Assembly: GCA_036785375.1 (NCBI GenBank)
Contig: JAWMAR010000834.1
Span: 434,001-498,000 of the forward strand
From: Leucoraja ocellata
Taxonomy: Eukaryota
Direction: 5' to 3'
Length of the DNA stretch: 64,000 nt
Shown here: positions 46,650 through 59,463 of the stretch, piece after piece
Numbering within the stretch: the stretch's first letter is position 1
Layout of the letters: every line of letters begins with the position of its first letter
The notes under the pieces: generated by a model
What the model saw: the letters and a program-made list of their open reading frames with translations, nothing else
Database searches by the model: none
What the model was told of the DNA's origin: nothing
Program-made: the position numbers and the translations under genes

Positions 46650-49600
46650 GAGGCGAGGGGTTTCTTAAATGTGCATATTTTAATGCTAGGAGCATTGTAA
46701 GAAAGGTGGATGAGTTTAGAGTCTGGATAGACACCTGGAAGTATGATGTTGTGGTGATCAGTGAAACATGGTTGCAGGAGGGCTGTGATTGGAAACTAAA
46801 TATTCCAAGATTTCATTGCTTCAGGTGTGATAGAATTGGAGGGGCAAGAGGTGGAGGTGTTGCATTGCTAGTCAGGGAAGATATTACAGCAGTGCTTTGG
46901 CAGGATAGATTGGAGGGCTCATCTAGGGAGGTTATTTGGGTGGAACTGAGAAGTGGGAAAGGTGTAGCAACACTTATAGGGGTGTATTATAGACCGCCAA
47001 ATGGGGATCGAGAATTGGAAAAGCAAATATGTAAGGAGATAGCAGATATTAGTAGTAAGCACAAGGTAGTGATTATGGGAGATTTCAACTTTCCACACAT
47101 AGACTGGGATACACATTCTGTAAATGGGCTGGATGGTTTGGAGTTTGTAAAATGTGTGCAGGATAGTTTTTTGCAGCAATACATAGAGGTACCTACTAGA
47201 GGAGGGGCAATGTTAGGAAATTGGACGGGACAGGTGGCGGAGGTATGCGTTGGGGAGCACTTCGGGTCCAGTGATCACAATACCATTATTTTCAATATAA
47301 TTATGGAGAGGGTCAGAACTGGACCTAGGGTTGAGATTTTTGATTGGAGAAAGACTAACTTTGATGAAATGCGAAATGATTTAAAAGGAGTGAACTGGGA
47401 CATTTTGTTTTATGGGAAGGATGTAGAAGAGAAATGGAGGACATTTAAAGGGGAAATTTTAAGAGTACAGAATCTTTAATTTACAGAATCCTGTTTGGTT
47501 GAAAGGAAACAGTAAAAATTGGAAAGAGCCCTGGTTTTCAAGGGAAATTGGACATCTTGTTCTGAAAAAGAGGGAGATCTACAATAATTATAGGCAGCAT
47601 GAAGTAAATGAGGTGCTTGAGGAGTATAAGGAATGTAAAAAAGAATCTTAAGAAAGAAATTAGAAAAGCTAAAAGAAGATATGAGGTTGCTTTGGCAAAG
47701 TAAATCCAAAGGGTTTCTACAGCTATATTAATAGCAAAAGGGGAGAAGATGGAGAAGATGAAGGTGGATCCATTACTGGTACTGTGATGTTTGGATTACC
47801 TTTTCCTCAGACCACAGTACGTGCGCCTATAGAACAATGTCTCAAGCACCATCCTGAGCAGCACAGGGGCTCCACAAGGAACTGTGCAGGCTCCATTCCT
47901 GTTCACCATCTACACAGCAGATTTTCAATACAACACCAACAGCTGCTTTTTGCAGAAATTTTCAGATAACACAGCTGTTGTCGGCCTCATCAAAGGGAGC
48001 AATGAGGAGGAGTATAGAGATACAATAAACAACTTTGTGGAGTGGAGTGCACACAATAACCTCCATCTCAACACCACAAAAACGAAGGGGATAGTTGTGG
48101 ATTTCAGGAGGGGGAGGAGGAGGACTCAACCAACACCAATCACCATCAGGGGCACTGAGGTGGAGGTGGTCGCCAACCACAGGTACCTTAGTGAGCAGCT
48201 TGACAGTGAGCTGAACTGGAAGAGTCATATGGAGGCGGTGTACAGGAAGGGACAAAGTCGACTGTATTTCTTAAGGAGGCTAAGGTCATTTAATATCTGC
48301 CAACCCCTACTGTGCAGTGTCTACCATTCAGTGGTGGCCAGTGGTCTGTTTTTTTGCTGTGGCCTGTTGGGGAGAAGGCGCCCGCATAGCGGACAAAAAC
48401 AGACTGGACAAGCTGATCAGGAAGGCCGGCTCAGTGGTCGGGGCTGAGCAACTAACGGTCCAGCAGGTGGCAGAGGCCAGAACTCTGAACAAACTGGGTT
48501 CAATAATGACCAACCCCACTCACCCACTCCATGCCCTGAAGGTGATCAAGAGCAGCATCTTCAGTCAGAGACTGATTACACCAATGTGCAAAACTGAGAG
48601 ATATAGGAAGTCTTGTATACCAGCTGCTATAAGGTTTTACAATGCACAAAAATAATTTTGCATTTTTTAAAATATTCATTCATTATATTTTAACTTATTA
48701 AGTATGGAAGCTATCTGAGGAAATGTGTGGTGTTATGTCTGTCTTGAAGCTGTTGTGGCACTGTAATTTCCTGTAAAGGATTATTAAAGGATAAACAAAC
48801 AAAAAAAAAAGGATAACGAGGGATAAAATTGGTCCATTGGAGAGACAGAGTGGACAGCAATCTGCAGAGCCAAAAGAGATGGGGGGAGATATTGAACAAT
48901 TTATTTTCTTCGGTATTCACCAAGGAGAAGGATATTGAATTATGTGAGGTGAGGGAAATTAGTAGAGTAGCTATGGATACTATGAGTTTCAAAGTAAAAG
49001 AAGTACTGACACTTTTGAAAAATATAAAAGTGGATAAGCCTCCATGTCCTGACAGGATGTTCCCTAGGACATTGAGGGAAGTTAGTGTAGAAATAGCCGG
49101 GGCTATGACAGAAATATTTCAAATGTCATTAGTAACGGGAGTAGATCCCAAGGAGTGGCGTACTGCGCATGTTGTTCCATTGTTTAAAAAGGGTTCTAAG
49201 AATAAACCTCGCAATTATAGACCTGTTAGTTTAACTTCAGTGGTGGGCAAATTAATGGAAAAGATACTTAGAGATAATATATATAAGCATCTGGATAAAC
49301 AGGGTCTGATTAGGAACAGTCAGCATAGATTTGTGCCTGGAAGGTCATGTTTGACTAATCTTCTTGAATGTTTTGAAGAGGTTACTAGGGAAATTGACGA
49401 GGATAAAGCAGTGGATGTTGTCTATATGGACTTTAGTAAGGCCTTTGACAAGGTTCCTCCAAAAAGGTTGGTTAAGAAGGTTCAACTGTTGGGTATAAAT
49501 GCAGGAGTAGCAAGATGGATTCAACAGTGGCTGAATGGGAGAAGCCAGAGGGTAATGTTGGATGGTTGTTTGTCGGGTTGGAGACAGGTGACTAGTGGGG

Positions 49601-50500
49601 TGCCTCAGGGATCTGCGTTGGGTCCTTTGTTGTCTGTCATGTACATCAATGATCTGGACGAAGGTGTGGTAAATTGGATTAGTAAGTATGCAGATGATAC
49701 CAAGATAGGGGGCGTTGTGGATAATGAAGAGGATTTCCAAAGTCTACAGAGTGATTTAGGCCATTTAGAAGAATGGGCTGAAAGATGGCAGATGGAGTTT
49801 AATGCTGATAAATGTGAGGTGCTACACCTTGGCAGGACTAATCAAAATAGGACGTACATGGTAAATGGTAGGGAATTGAAGAATGCAGTTGAACGGAGGG
49901 ATCTGGGAATAACTGTGCATAGTTCCTTGAATGTGGAATCTCATATAGATAGGGTGGTAAAGTAAGCTTTTGGTATGCTAGCCTTTATAAATCAGACCAT
50001 TGGGTATAGAAGCTGGGATCTAATGTTAAAATTGTACAAGGCATTGGTGAGACCAAATCTGGAATATGGTGTACAATTTTGATCGCCCAATTATAGGAAG
50101 GATGTCAACAAAATAGAGAGAGTACAGAGGAGATTTACTAGAATGTTGCCTGTGTTTCAACATCTAAGTTACAGAGAAAGGTTGAATAAGTTAGGTCTTT
50201 ATTCTCTGGAGCGCAGAAGGTTAAGAGGGGACTTGATAGAGGTCTTTAAAATGATGAGAGGGATAGACAGAGTTGATGTGGACCAGCTTTTCACTTTGAG
50301 AATAGGGAAGATTCAAACAAGAGGACATGACTTCAGAATTAAGGGACAGAAGTTTAGGGGTAACATGAGGGGGAACTTCTTTACTCAGAGAGTGGTAGCG
50401 GTGTAGAATGAGCTTCCAGTGGAAGTGGTGGAGGCAGGTTCGTTGGTATAATTTAGAAATAAATTGGATAGGCATATGGATGAGAAGGGAATGGAGGGTT
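46650..50500 (+). pseudogene. CR1 ORF2 (APE endonuclease and RT), split by a Rex1 insertion
   Basis: YFNARSI, ISETWL, GGGVAL, YYRPP, GDFNFP, SDH; NYRPVSLTS, DFSKAFD, GVPQGS and KYADD. Confidence 0.93.
47741..48810 (+). mobile_element. 5'-truncated Rex1/Babar LINE nested in the CR1
   Basis: GAPQGTV.APFLF.IYT, KFSDNT, RLYFLRRL and HPLH, ending in an A-rich tail. The CR1 frame YINSK|RITRDKIGP rejoins, with candidate duplication AAAAGG. Confidence 0.92.
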
Positions 50501-51280
50501 ATGGTATGAGTGCAGGCAGGTGGGACTAAGGGAAAAAAGTTGTTCGGCGCGGACTTGTAGGGCCGAGATGGCCTGTTTCTGTGCTGTAATTGTTACTATA
50601 TGGTTATATGATTATATGGCCTAAAAACGATCCGGAGAAAAGCAGTGCCATCAACAAGCTCCCAGCACCCACAGATGTGCTCAGTCTGCAGAGATTCCTT
50701 GGCATGGTTAACTACCTGAGTAAATTTATTCCAGACTTCAGTGAAATATCAGCCCCGCTGTGCCAGCTTACACACAAAGACACTGCTTGGGCCTGACACG
50801 AACAGCAGAGGGCGCTCGACACAGATGTCTTGTGCTCCTTCTCTCGCTTATTTTGATCCTAACGACCGGTCACACTGACTTGTGATGCTTCGCAACACGG
50901 ACTTGGCGCGGCATGTCTTCAAAATGACGGTAGCGCCAACAAGCCTGTTGCTTATGCCTCACGCACCATGACTGACACAGAACAACGCTTGAAAAAGAGC
51001 TGCTAGCGATTGTTTTCGCCTGCAAGAAATGTAACGACTTTATCTTCGGTCATACGATCACAATTGAAACTAACCACCAACCTCTGGTCAGTATCGTTAA
51101 CAAACTGATTCATGCCTCTCCAGGATGCTTGCAGTGGGTGTTTGCTGCAACTTCAACAATATGACATTGTTCTGACCTACAAACATGCTAAGGATATGCA
51201 CCTGGCTGACACTCTCTCGCGTGCACCCCGAAAGACCTGCGAGGGTCTGCCCTCGCTGGATGACGACTTTATCATAAAAT

Positions 51281-52130
51281 TCCGGAAGTGGTGGCGTGGC
51301 TCTGGCTGCAGCGGCTCATCGGCAGTCCTGTTTGTTTTGTGTTGTTTATTTTGTTTGGTTAGTCTAGTTTTTGTTTTTTTAGTGGTGTTTTGTGGGGGGG
51401 AGGGGGGGGGGCGGTGGAACGGGGTGTGCAGTCTCTCCCTGTGGGGGAATGCGACTTTTCTGTCATATTCCCCTTCTCTGCCTCCGTCGGCGCTGAGTCC
51501 TAAATGGATCTGGCGACCTCGAGGCTCCAGAGGCAGAGACCGTCAGGACTTGCCCTGAGTTCGCTCCCGTGAGGGTGGTACGGCACAGGAGAGGAGCGGC
51601 CAGCCCAAGATGGAACGAGGCTCCCGTCGGAGCGGCCGAGCTCGGGGAGGTGCGGCGCTCGCAGCCCGAGGGAGTTTCGGCGCCCGAGTCGGGGCGGCCC
51701 GGCCCGTGGGAGGTTCGACGCCCATGTCGGGGCGGCCCGGCCCGTGGCTGAAGTCGACAGTTACTCACGTGAGGGTGGCTGGGACGGTGTTCTGGCGGCG
51801 GTGGCCTGAGTCCGGGGTTCGGCCGCGGGCCAGTGGCTGCGTCTGCAGGTCTGGGTGGGCTGCAGCTATGACCACCTCGGGCCGTGGTGTTGAGCCGCGG
51901 GACTGTTATAACATTGCCCGGGGGGGGTTATCGCCTCAGCGCAGAGGGAGAAGAGGAGGGAAAAGACTGCAGACCTAAGACTTTTGCCTCCATCACAGTG
52001 AGGAGATGTTAGTGGCCTCACTGTGGTGGATGTTAATATGTGTTTATTGGTGTTTTTTATTGTATGTATGACTGCTTAAATTTCGTTCAGACTTCGGTCT
52101 GAATGACAAAAAAAAGGCTATTCTATTCTA
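51281..52130 (+). mobile_element. Hairpin retroposon, copy E (most complete), nested in Gypsy pol
   Basis: Head CCGGAAGTGGTGGCG, hairpins at 51444-51473, 51989-52030 and 52086-52103 (cUUCGg), and a (CTATT)n tail. Gypsy coding resumes at about 52131. Confidence 0.82.
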
Positions 52131-54309
52131 TAATGACTATGTTTTTTATTCCCTCATCCTGTGTGGAGGACCTGGTTGCCCACACTGCTGCTGACTGAAC
52201 CGTACAGTCGCTTGCCTCTGTCATTAAATGCAGCTGGCCAGACAAACACTACAATGTACTGCTGCCAGTGCAATCCTTCTTTGCCGTCCGTGATGAGCAG
52301 CACTGCAGGATGACATTATCGTAAAAGGCCACAAGGCTGTGGTCCCTGCTTCGCTGCACAGCAAGTATTTTAACTGTCCATGCAGGGCACCCAGGTGCTG
52401 AAGCCACTGTCTTACGAGCAAAAACCATGTATTACTGGCCTGGAATGGCTGAATGCATCCTCGAGAATGTGGCATCCGGTGCAGTGTGTAACAGCTTGGC
52501 ACCTCATCAACAAATGCAACATCTTCTCTTACATCCGGCTCCTGCCCTCCCATGGTCTACAGTGGCAACTGACATATTGCACTGGCAAGGCAAGCAGTAT
52601 CTGGTACTTGCCGACTCGTATTCCGGATGGTTTGACATAGATTTTCTTAGCTGCCCCATCTCTCGCTGGGAAGTTTAAAAACTCGCTCGCCACTTTATAG
52701 ACCATGGAGCCCCTTTCATACTGCTATCTGATAATGGCAGTCAATTTACCAGCCAACACCTCAAGGGGTTTGCTGCACGCTGGGGTTTTCGCCACATCGC
52801 CAGCAGCCCTGAATATCGATAGTCGAATGGACTAGCTGAACGGGCTGTCAAGAGTGCCAAATAGCTCATGGAACAAACCCACAGAGCTAATTCCAATGTG
52901 TACATGGACCTACTCAACCTATGCAACATTTCCCATGACCCCATCTTGGGTTCACCTGCTCAATGTTTATTGTCAAGGCAGACCCAAACCATGGTGCCTG
53001 TGGCAGATCAACACTGACAACAAAAGTGTGACATTCAAAAACAGTGGTATGACAAAACAAGCAGGCAGCTGCCACCATTAACCAAGGGGCAGGTGGTTAG
53101 TTTACAAACTGATAAATGTCATGACCGTATCGGTGTAATTTCTGGAACTGCCTCTGAACCACACTTATATCTGGTCAGTGCTGATGCCGGCACCTACAGG
53201 CGTAACAGACAACATATCCTGCCTGTGAATGAGCCAGCTCCACCTCCGTATTATCCAGACCGTACAAGTGTACTTCCGTCCACATCCAGCGGCATTGGTC
53301 CGCCTGTACCAGCACAACACCCCACTTCTGAAACGGCTGCTCTGACAGTGGCGACGCCCCCTCTGCCTGTGCCAAAGTCCCCCATTTCATCTCCGGGAAT
53401 GCTGTTTCAATCTCCACCACTAGTCATGCCACCAACTCTGTCCCGAAAAACGATTGTTTATATCGCACACGTGCTGGTCATGTTTGCAAGCCCACTGTGA
53501 AGTACCCAGGCTAAGTTTGACTTATCTCCAGCTTATTATTCAATGCTATGCATGCCTTATTTAGTCAATGGTTTTGTACTGACATTTAATCCTTTAAGAG
53601 GGAGGATTTAGATCAGTGTCTCTCATGTTATGAGTCATACTTTGTAGCTCCATCCACTAGTTTAATAGAAAGCCTCTGTTCCCTTTCTTCCTCAGTTATT
53701 CCAACAACAGAGCCCAACGACAGACACTTTACTGAATTGTATGCAAACAAACAATTTCACTGTATGATGTGATAATAAAGGACCCCATTGAGGCACTGAA
53801 GAAAATTAAAAAAATAGAATTTTTTTTTGTGCTATTTAATTTTGTGTCAAGCCAACTCATTATGAAACGTATTTCTTCCAGGGCAATTATAGCTAATGCG
53901 ATTACATTTACTGTTCAGGTTTGTTTGACCCTGAAAAGTTAGCTTTGAGTTAGAGAGACAAACAAAACATTTTATTGATGAGAACTGTTAATTTTGCATT
54001 TCAAAGTTGCACCACTGCAAAGTCTTTAAGGTGGCAATGCCAGTTATATCAAAACATGTATTGACTTTAAAACCCTTGAGATATCCTCTCGTAAAAGAGA
54101 TGCCACAATTTTGCAAACCTTTCTCCTTTAATTTCCATATGATCAAGAAAAAGGACCTTGCTTTTCACAGATAGGATGGAAGTTGGAGGAAGCAACACAA
54201 ACTGAGAGAATTTTGTTAAACCTTAATTGTTCTGCTTGTTGAAATGTATCGCAAAACTAAAGAATGCCGCATTGTTCTTAGGAAAGCCATGGCCAAATGA
54301 TTGGAGCAT

Positions 54310-54615
54310 TGTGTGCAGATATCTGTTTCTTTGTGCATGATGTTAATATCTGTTACCTGCAAAGCCAACAGCGCCTATGTACGGGTCTGAGTAATGTAAT
54401 TTAGGCAGTTTTGATAAAATCGCAACTGCCCGACTAAGCAGTTTAAGGAACTAAGATATGTGCTAGTCTGCACATACACTTGTTTGTTCGACAGTATATA
54501 AACCCGTGCCATATGTACTTGTAGTGACTGCCTCCCAGGGCAGTTCCTCCGTTATATCATGTAATAAAGTCTCGCTCACCATAAGTCCAAGTCCTCGATT
54601 GATTTCTCTGCCACA
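54310..54615 (+). mobile_element. Solo LTR
   Basis: TGTGTGCAGA..TCTGCCACA termini, perfect 5-bp target duplication AGCAT (54305-54309 and 54616-54620), TATATAAA at about 54495 and AATAAA at about 54563. Confidence 0.88.
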
Positions 54616-55974
54616 AGCATTCAGAAGTCAAGGGCAAGAAAGATGTGGTACCTTATACCTTTAAAGCAAGCCTTCTCCAACTGCTTGGATCGAGACATGA
54701 TTTGTTGATAAAGTGAGTGGAGTCAAAATGTACCAGACCCATGAGAGATGGAAGTTTGAAAAGCCCTTCAGAATATCAAAATCAAATTATTTTGAGAAGG
54801 AATAACTCGCCTTACAGAGAAACAATTCTCCTGCTGGTTGTGGGGAACCTGCAGACAATATAATAACAATACAATTAACTCCAGAGAGAGGTCATCAACC
54901 TAAGATGTTAACGCTCTCTTCCGGGATGGCACCTGAACCTGCTGAGCATTTCCAGAATTTTCTGCTTTTATTACAGTGGTAACATACTTCTCCAGGCTAG
55001 ATCTGTGAGGGCTGGCAGAGAACAGCTCAACAACAGATGAAAAGACTGGAGACACAAGAGAGGATAGATTCTTCAATCCGGAGCACCAAACAATCTGCTG
55101 GAGGGACTCAATGGGCCGAGCAACTAATATGCGGAGAAAAGAATGACATTTTGGGTCAAAACCCTGCATCAGCAGTGAAGACTACATACATTCTCTGAAA
55201 ACAAGGAAAGGTGAAAAATGTGATCCTAATCATGAATGCATGGAAATCCTGTGGCACAGAAGGAGACCATTTGGTCCATCTGTCAAAAAAGAGCCACACT
55301 TCCATGTAGCTATCCATAAGCCTTTTAAATGTCACTATCATATCTGACTCCACCACCATGCCTAGAATTGCAATCCAGGGTCTCACCACTCTCTGTGTAA
55401 AAAAAACATGTGCCACACATCTCTATTAAACTTTCTCCCTCTTCACCCTACTACTGTTGAACATTTCCACCCTGGAAAAAACAAAGATTCTGACTGTCTA
55501 CCCTCTCAATGCTGCATTAGACTTGAGGAAATTTGCTCTGGTGCAATTCTTGAATTTAGAAACCTATTACTCTTGAAGTACTTGCAAACAAATGTCATAT
55601 CTTATTTTCAAGTCCACATTCTCAATGGAAAAGTATACATGCACCTGGTTACATGCGATGGTGTCATTCGAAAAGCCACCTCTTGTTAAATTCTGAAACA
55701 AATGAGTTCAGATATAAGGTTCAGATGGATGACAATTGCAAACACGTTCAACTGAATTGGCCTCTGAGATCAGAGCCTGCTGAAATAGACTCACACTGCT
55801 CCTCGAACTAGTCACGAGCGATATTGGCAAAGGTCTCCCTCACTTCTGCTCAGGAAGAGCGGAAGTGACAGACCTGTGATTTCCACGCCCACTAGGTGAA
55901 GGCAGGACGTCGAGGAATGTAATGTGGATGACCCAGGCCATATCACCACACTTCACAAAGCCCTCAGAAATGTT

Positions 55975-56200
55975 TATATAGGAAGGAACTGCAGATGCTG
56001 GTTTAAACCGAAGATAGAAACAAAAAGTTGGAGTAACTCAGTGGGACAGGCAGCATCTCTGGAGAGAAGGAATGGGTGAAGTTTTGGGTCGAGACTCTTC
56101 TTCGGACTGAAGACGGGTCTCGACCCAAAACGTCACCCATGCCTTCTCTCCAGAGATGCTGCCTGTCCCGCTAAGTTACTCCAGATTTTTGTGTCTATCC
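55975..56200. mobile_element. Penelope-like palindromic element with hammerhead-like core
   Basis: About 90-bp inverted arms (56013-56199). The core at 56107-56134 reads CTGAAGA-CGGGTCTCGACCC-AAAAC-GTC. Confidence 0.75.
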
Positions 56201-56472
56201 TCAGAAACGTTTGACAGACACCATACCCCAACCCTCATCTCAAATATGGATATCAAAGTTGTCAATATTTCTCAAGGTTTCTTAAAGTCACTGACCCTCA
56301 GAAACACATGGAAACTATTAAAAGTAAAAATAGGTTTAAAAATGTAATTTTTAAAATCAACCAAACACTTTTAAGGTTAATACAAATGTAAAACTAAGCA
56401 AAATATTCTAACAAAATATGTTATCTTATTTTCAACTTTCACTTGGGTTATACCACAATCCTCATTCACAAT

Positions 56473-56906
56473 ATAACCATATAACCATATAACAATTACA
56501 GCACGGAAACAGGCCATCTCGACCCTTCTAGTCCGTGCCGAACACATAATCTCCCCTAGTCCCATATACCTGCGCTCAGACCATAACCCTCCATTCCCTT
56601 CCCATCCATATAACTATCCAATTTATTTTTAAATGATAAAAACGAACCTGCCTCCACCACCTTCACTGGAAGCTCATTTGACACAGCCACCACTCTCTGC
56701 GTAAAGAAGTTCCCCCTCATGTTACCCCTAAACTTCAGTCCCTTAATTCTCATGTCATGTCCCCTTGTTTGAATCTTCCCTACTCTCAGTGGGAAAAGCT
56801 TTTCCACATCAACTCTGTCTATCCCTCTCATCATTTTAAAAACCTCTATCAAGTCCCCCCTTAACCTTCTGCGCTCCAAAGAATAAAGCCCTAACTTGTT
56901 CAACCT
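56473..56906 (-). mobile_element. CR1 3' fragment
   Basis: ORF 56556-56936 carries CR1 C-terminal motifs, with a (GGTTATAT)n tail. Confidence 0.92.
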
Positions 56907-56997
56907 TAACAATACTATAGTAGGATTTGTAAGCACATTTTTGAGCAGCTCAAGTATCTCAGCAAGTTATTTAACCATTAGACCATGTAGAGACGGT

Positions 56998-57632
56998 TTA
57001 CAATCACAATAATACTTTATTAGCCAAGTATGTTTTGCAGCACACGACGAATTTCATTTGCCAAGTTAGTCATACAAATAAAAAGCAACAGAACGCACAA
57101 AATACACTAGTCACTGCAGGAGCTGATCACCCCGTAGCCGGTGGCATTTGTGCCCTCAGCATCGGGGAGATCAGCTCCTGCATCGGGGGGATGTGAGCTC
57201 CCCCATGCCGGCGATTGGACCCTGAGGTTGGGGCTGGTCGAGACTCTGCGTTGTTGGAGTTTCACGACTGGCCTCTCCCGAGACTGCGAACTCTTGATGG
57301 TAAATCCGCAGCCGCGGTTGGAGCGATCCCAGGCAAGGGATCAGCTCTGATGTTATGTCCACGCCCCATGGTGGGGCACAAGTCAGTCTGAGGAGGCCTC
57401 CAGCTCCATCGATGGTAGGCCGCAGATCGGCCGGAGATGCGACCAGTAAAACAATCGCATCTCCGGCAAGATAAGAAACAGAACAATTCCCCTGACACCC
57501 TCCCCCTCCCCCCACATAAAACAAACCGGAGAACATTTACACAAACTTTTAACACACACAAAAACATTTTTTTTTGTCGAAAAAACAGACTGTTGGGGGG
57601 GGGGGGGGGGGGGCTGCCGCTCGTGCGGTGCC
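56998..57632 (-). mobile_element. Hairpin retroposon, copy F
   Basis: T-rich and G-rich leader, hairpin CCGGAGATGCGA..TCGCATCTCCGG (57430-57467) and an AATTC..AATAAA tail. Confidence 0.65.
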
Positions 57633-58189
57633 CTGGTGTTTCACATTGTTGGTGGAGCAATTAAGCAATAGGGAAAATGGAAAATCCTATCAAAGTCTAG
57701 AGCTGGTTCTTCACTTTATAGAGTTAATTCTTGTTGCATTTTCTTAAACAAGAGTGAAACATTTAAAATAAAAAGATACTGGTTGATGTCTGCATGCTGA
57801 TTCCTCTGTATAATGAATGCATTGAACATGCTCAAGTCAAGTCAAGTTTATTCGTCACATACACATACGAGATGTGCAGTGAAATGAAAAGTGGCAATGC
57901 TCGCGGACTTTGTGCAAAAAACAAACAAACAAGCAAACAAACTGGAAACAGAATGGAACAGAATCACATATTTTACTTCGGAGTCACGTGAGTGATTACG
58001 TGAAGAAGGGACGTCCGTCTGCGTGCGTTTCATTACGTCTGAAAGCAACGCGCGCAACGGACTGGAGAGGCACTGCGTCCTCCCAGCCGTTGGGATTTTA
58101 AAAAGGCGGCAGGTAAGAAAAGTTGAACCACTTACCATGTGCTTTCTGTTCGGGCTAAGGAATCATTTGTTTTTCAGAGCCCCAAAAAT

Positions 58190-59404
58190 ATGTCGAAGAG
58201 ACGGTGCGCGGGGAAACCGGCTGCCGAAGACCGCAGCATTCCCGGTAGCCGACGACGGTCATTTTAGCCGACATTGCGGCCGGCATCAGAACCGGCAGCA
58301 GCAGACTTGGTGCAGGAGGAAAGCACCGTGGTGGTTCCGGCGGGACGTAAAGCCACCCATACGTCTGCCAGACCCATAGTCTCGGACGAGTCCGGGGAAG
58401 AGGGATACCCTCCCTCATCGGGAAGCGTCCAAGGACGACTCTCCCACATGAAGCAGCTTGTGGAGAAGCTGCTCCACAATAATAAACTCCGGAGAAAGGA
58501 GTTATATCAGCACGAGTCCCTTTTACAGACCGTGCCAGCAGCCTCATACTCTGGGCAGCAATATGTTTTTCCCATGGAAGGGGGAAGTACATATGGGGAT
58601 TACCCGGATTCAGAGTTTGGAAGCACAAGGGGGGAACACTCCCAGGGGAAATTAGAGGAAGTACCTCTACAATCAACTAAATTTGCGATTACCACATCGC
58701 TGGGTGCTCCTTTGGATGAAGACCTAGCAAGTAACATCAACTACTTGGCGTCTCATCAACTCAAAGACCTCGTCGTGGAAGAAACCCTGAACAAATACCC
58801 CCCACCATCTAATTGTGCTTCCCTCAAGGTTCAAGCGGTGAACCGTATAATTTGGGGGCAAATAAGTCCCATCATCCGGAACCAGGAACTGAAGTTCCAA
58901 AAAGTATTAAACCTGCTGGGGTCTGGAATTACTTCGTTTGTAGGAGGTGTGGATGGAGGCCTCCTCACCGACCGGGAACAGGATACCATGGCACTGCTAT
59001 GTAATGCCCGCTTCGAAATAAACTGCATTCGAAAAGAGGCAATAAAACCAGCAATAAATTCGAAGTTTGCAGCTCTTTGCAAAGCTAGCGACATCCAGCC
59101 CGCAAACTACCTGTTTGGGGAAGACCTGTCAAGACAGGTACGGGACCTGGATGACGAGGCAACAACCGTGCGCCTCATAACAAGAGGTCAGGCCAGACCC
59201 AGGGGTCCATCCACGAGATCCCACCTCTACAGCTCCCGGCGTTTTACACCTAGAGAGCCAGGCACCGGAGGAAGATTCGCACCTGAGTCAAGATCTTTTT
59301 TAGGGGCAGGCCCCAGCAGGCCGACAGCGAGGATGAGGAGAGAGCAACCACCAGCTCTGCTCCCCAAACCTCGCAGACGAAAACCAGCGCCACGCCGCCA
59401 GTAA
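58190..59404 (+). pseudogene. DIRS copy 2 ORF1 (gag-like), one premature stop
   Basis: The ATG at 58190 is in frame with the 376-aa ORF 58274-59404, separated only by TAG at 58265. Confidence 0.8.
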
Positions 59405-59463
59405 CAACAGAGGTAAGTCAAACCAGTTCCTCAGGGAACATACCAGACAAACCTCATTTACAG

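Larger units (their letters stand above)
44760..50615 (+). mobile_element. Full-length CR1 LINE (decayed), inserted into the Gypsy RT
   Basis: 5' UTR repeats, ORF1, APE endonuclease, RT and a (GGTTATAT)n tail. The Gypsy frame HVFTKDG|LKTDPEK rejoins across it, with candidate duplication ATGG(C)CTAA. Confidence 0.95.
44307..53722 (+). mobile_element. Gypsy provirus, gag and most of RT deleted, hosting nested insertions
   Basis: 5' LTR 44307-44457 (TG..CA), PBS 44458, polypurine tract AAGAGGGAGGA 53596-53606, 3' LTR 53607-53722 and target duplication GATAC/GACAC. RT, RNase H and integrase remnants include LQRFLGMVNYLSKFIP, TCDAS, YYWPGM, SDNG.QF and SNGLAERAV. Confidence 0.92.
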
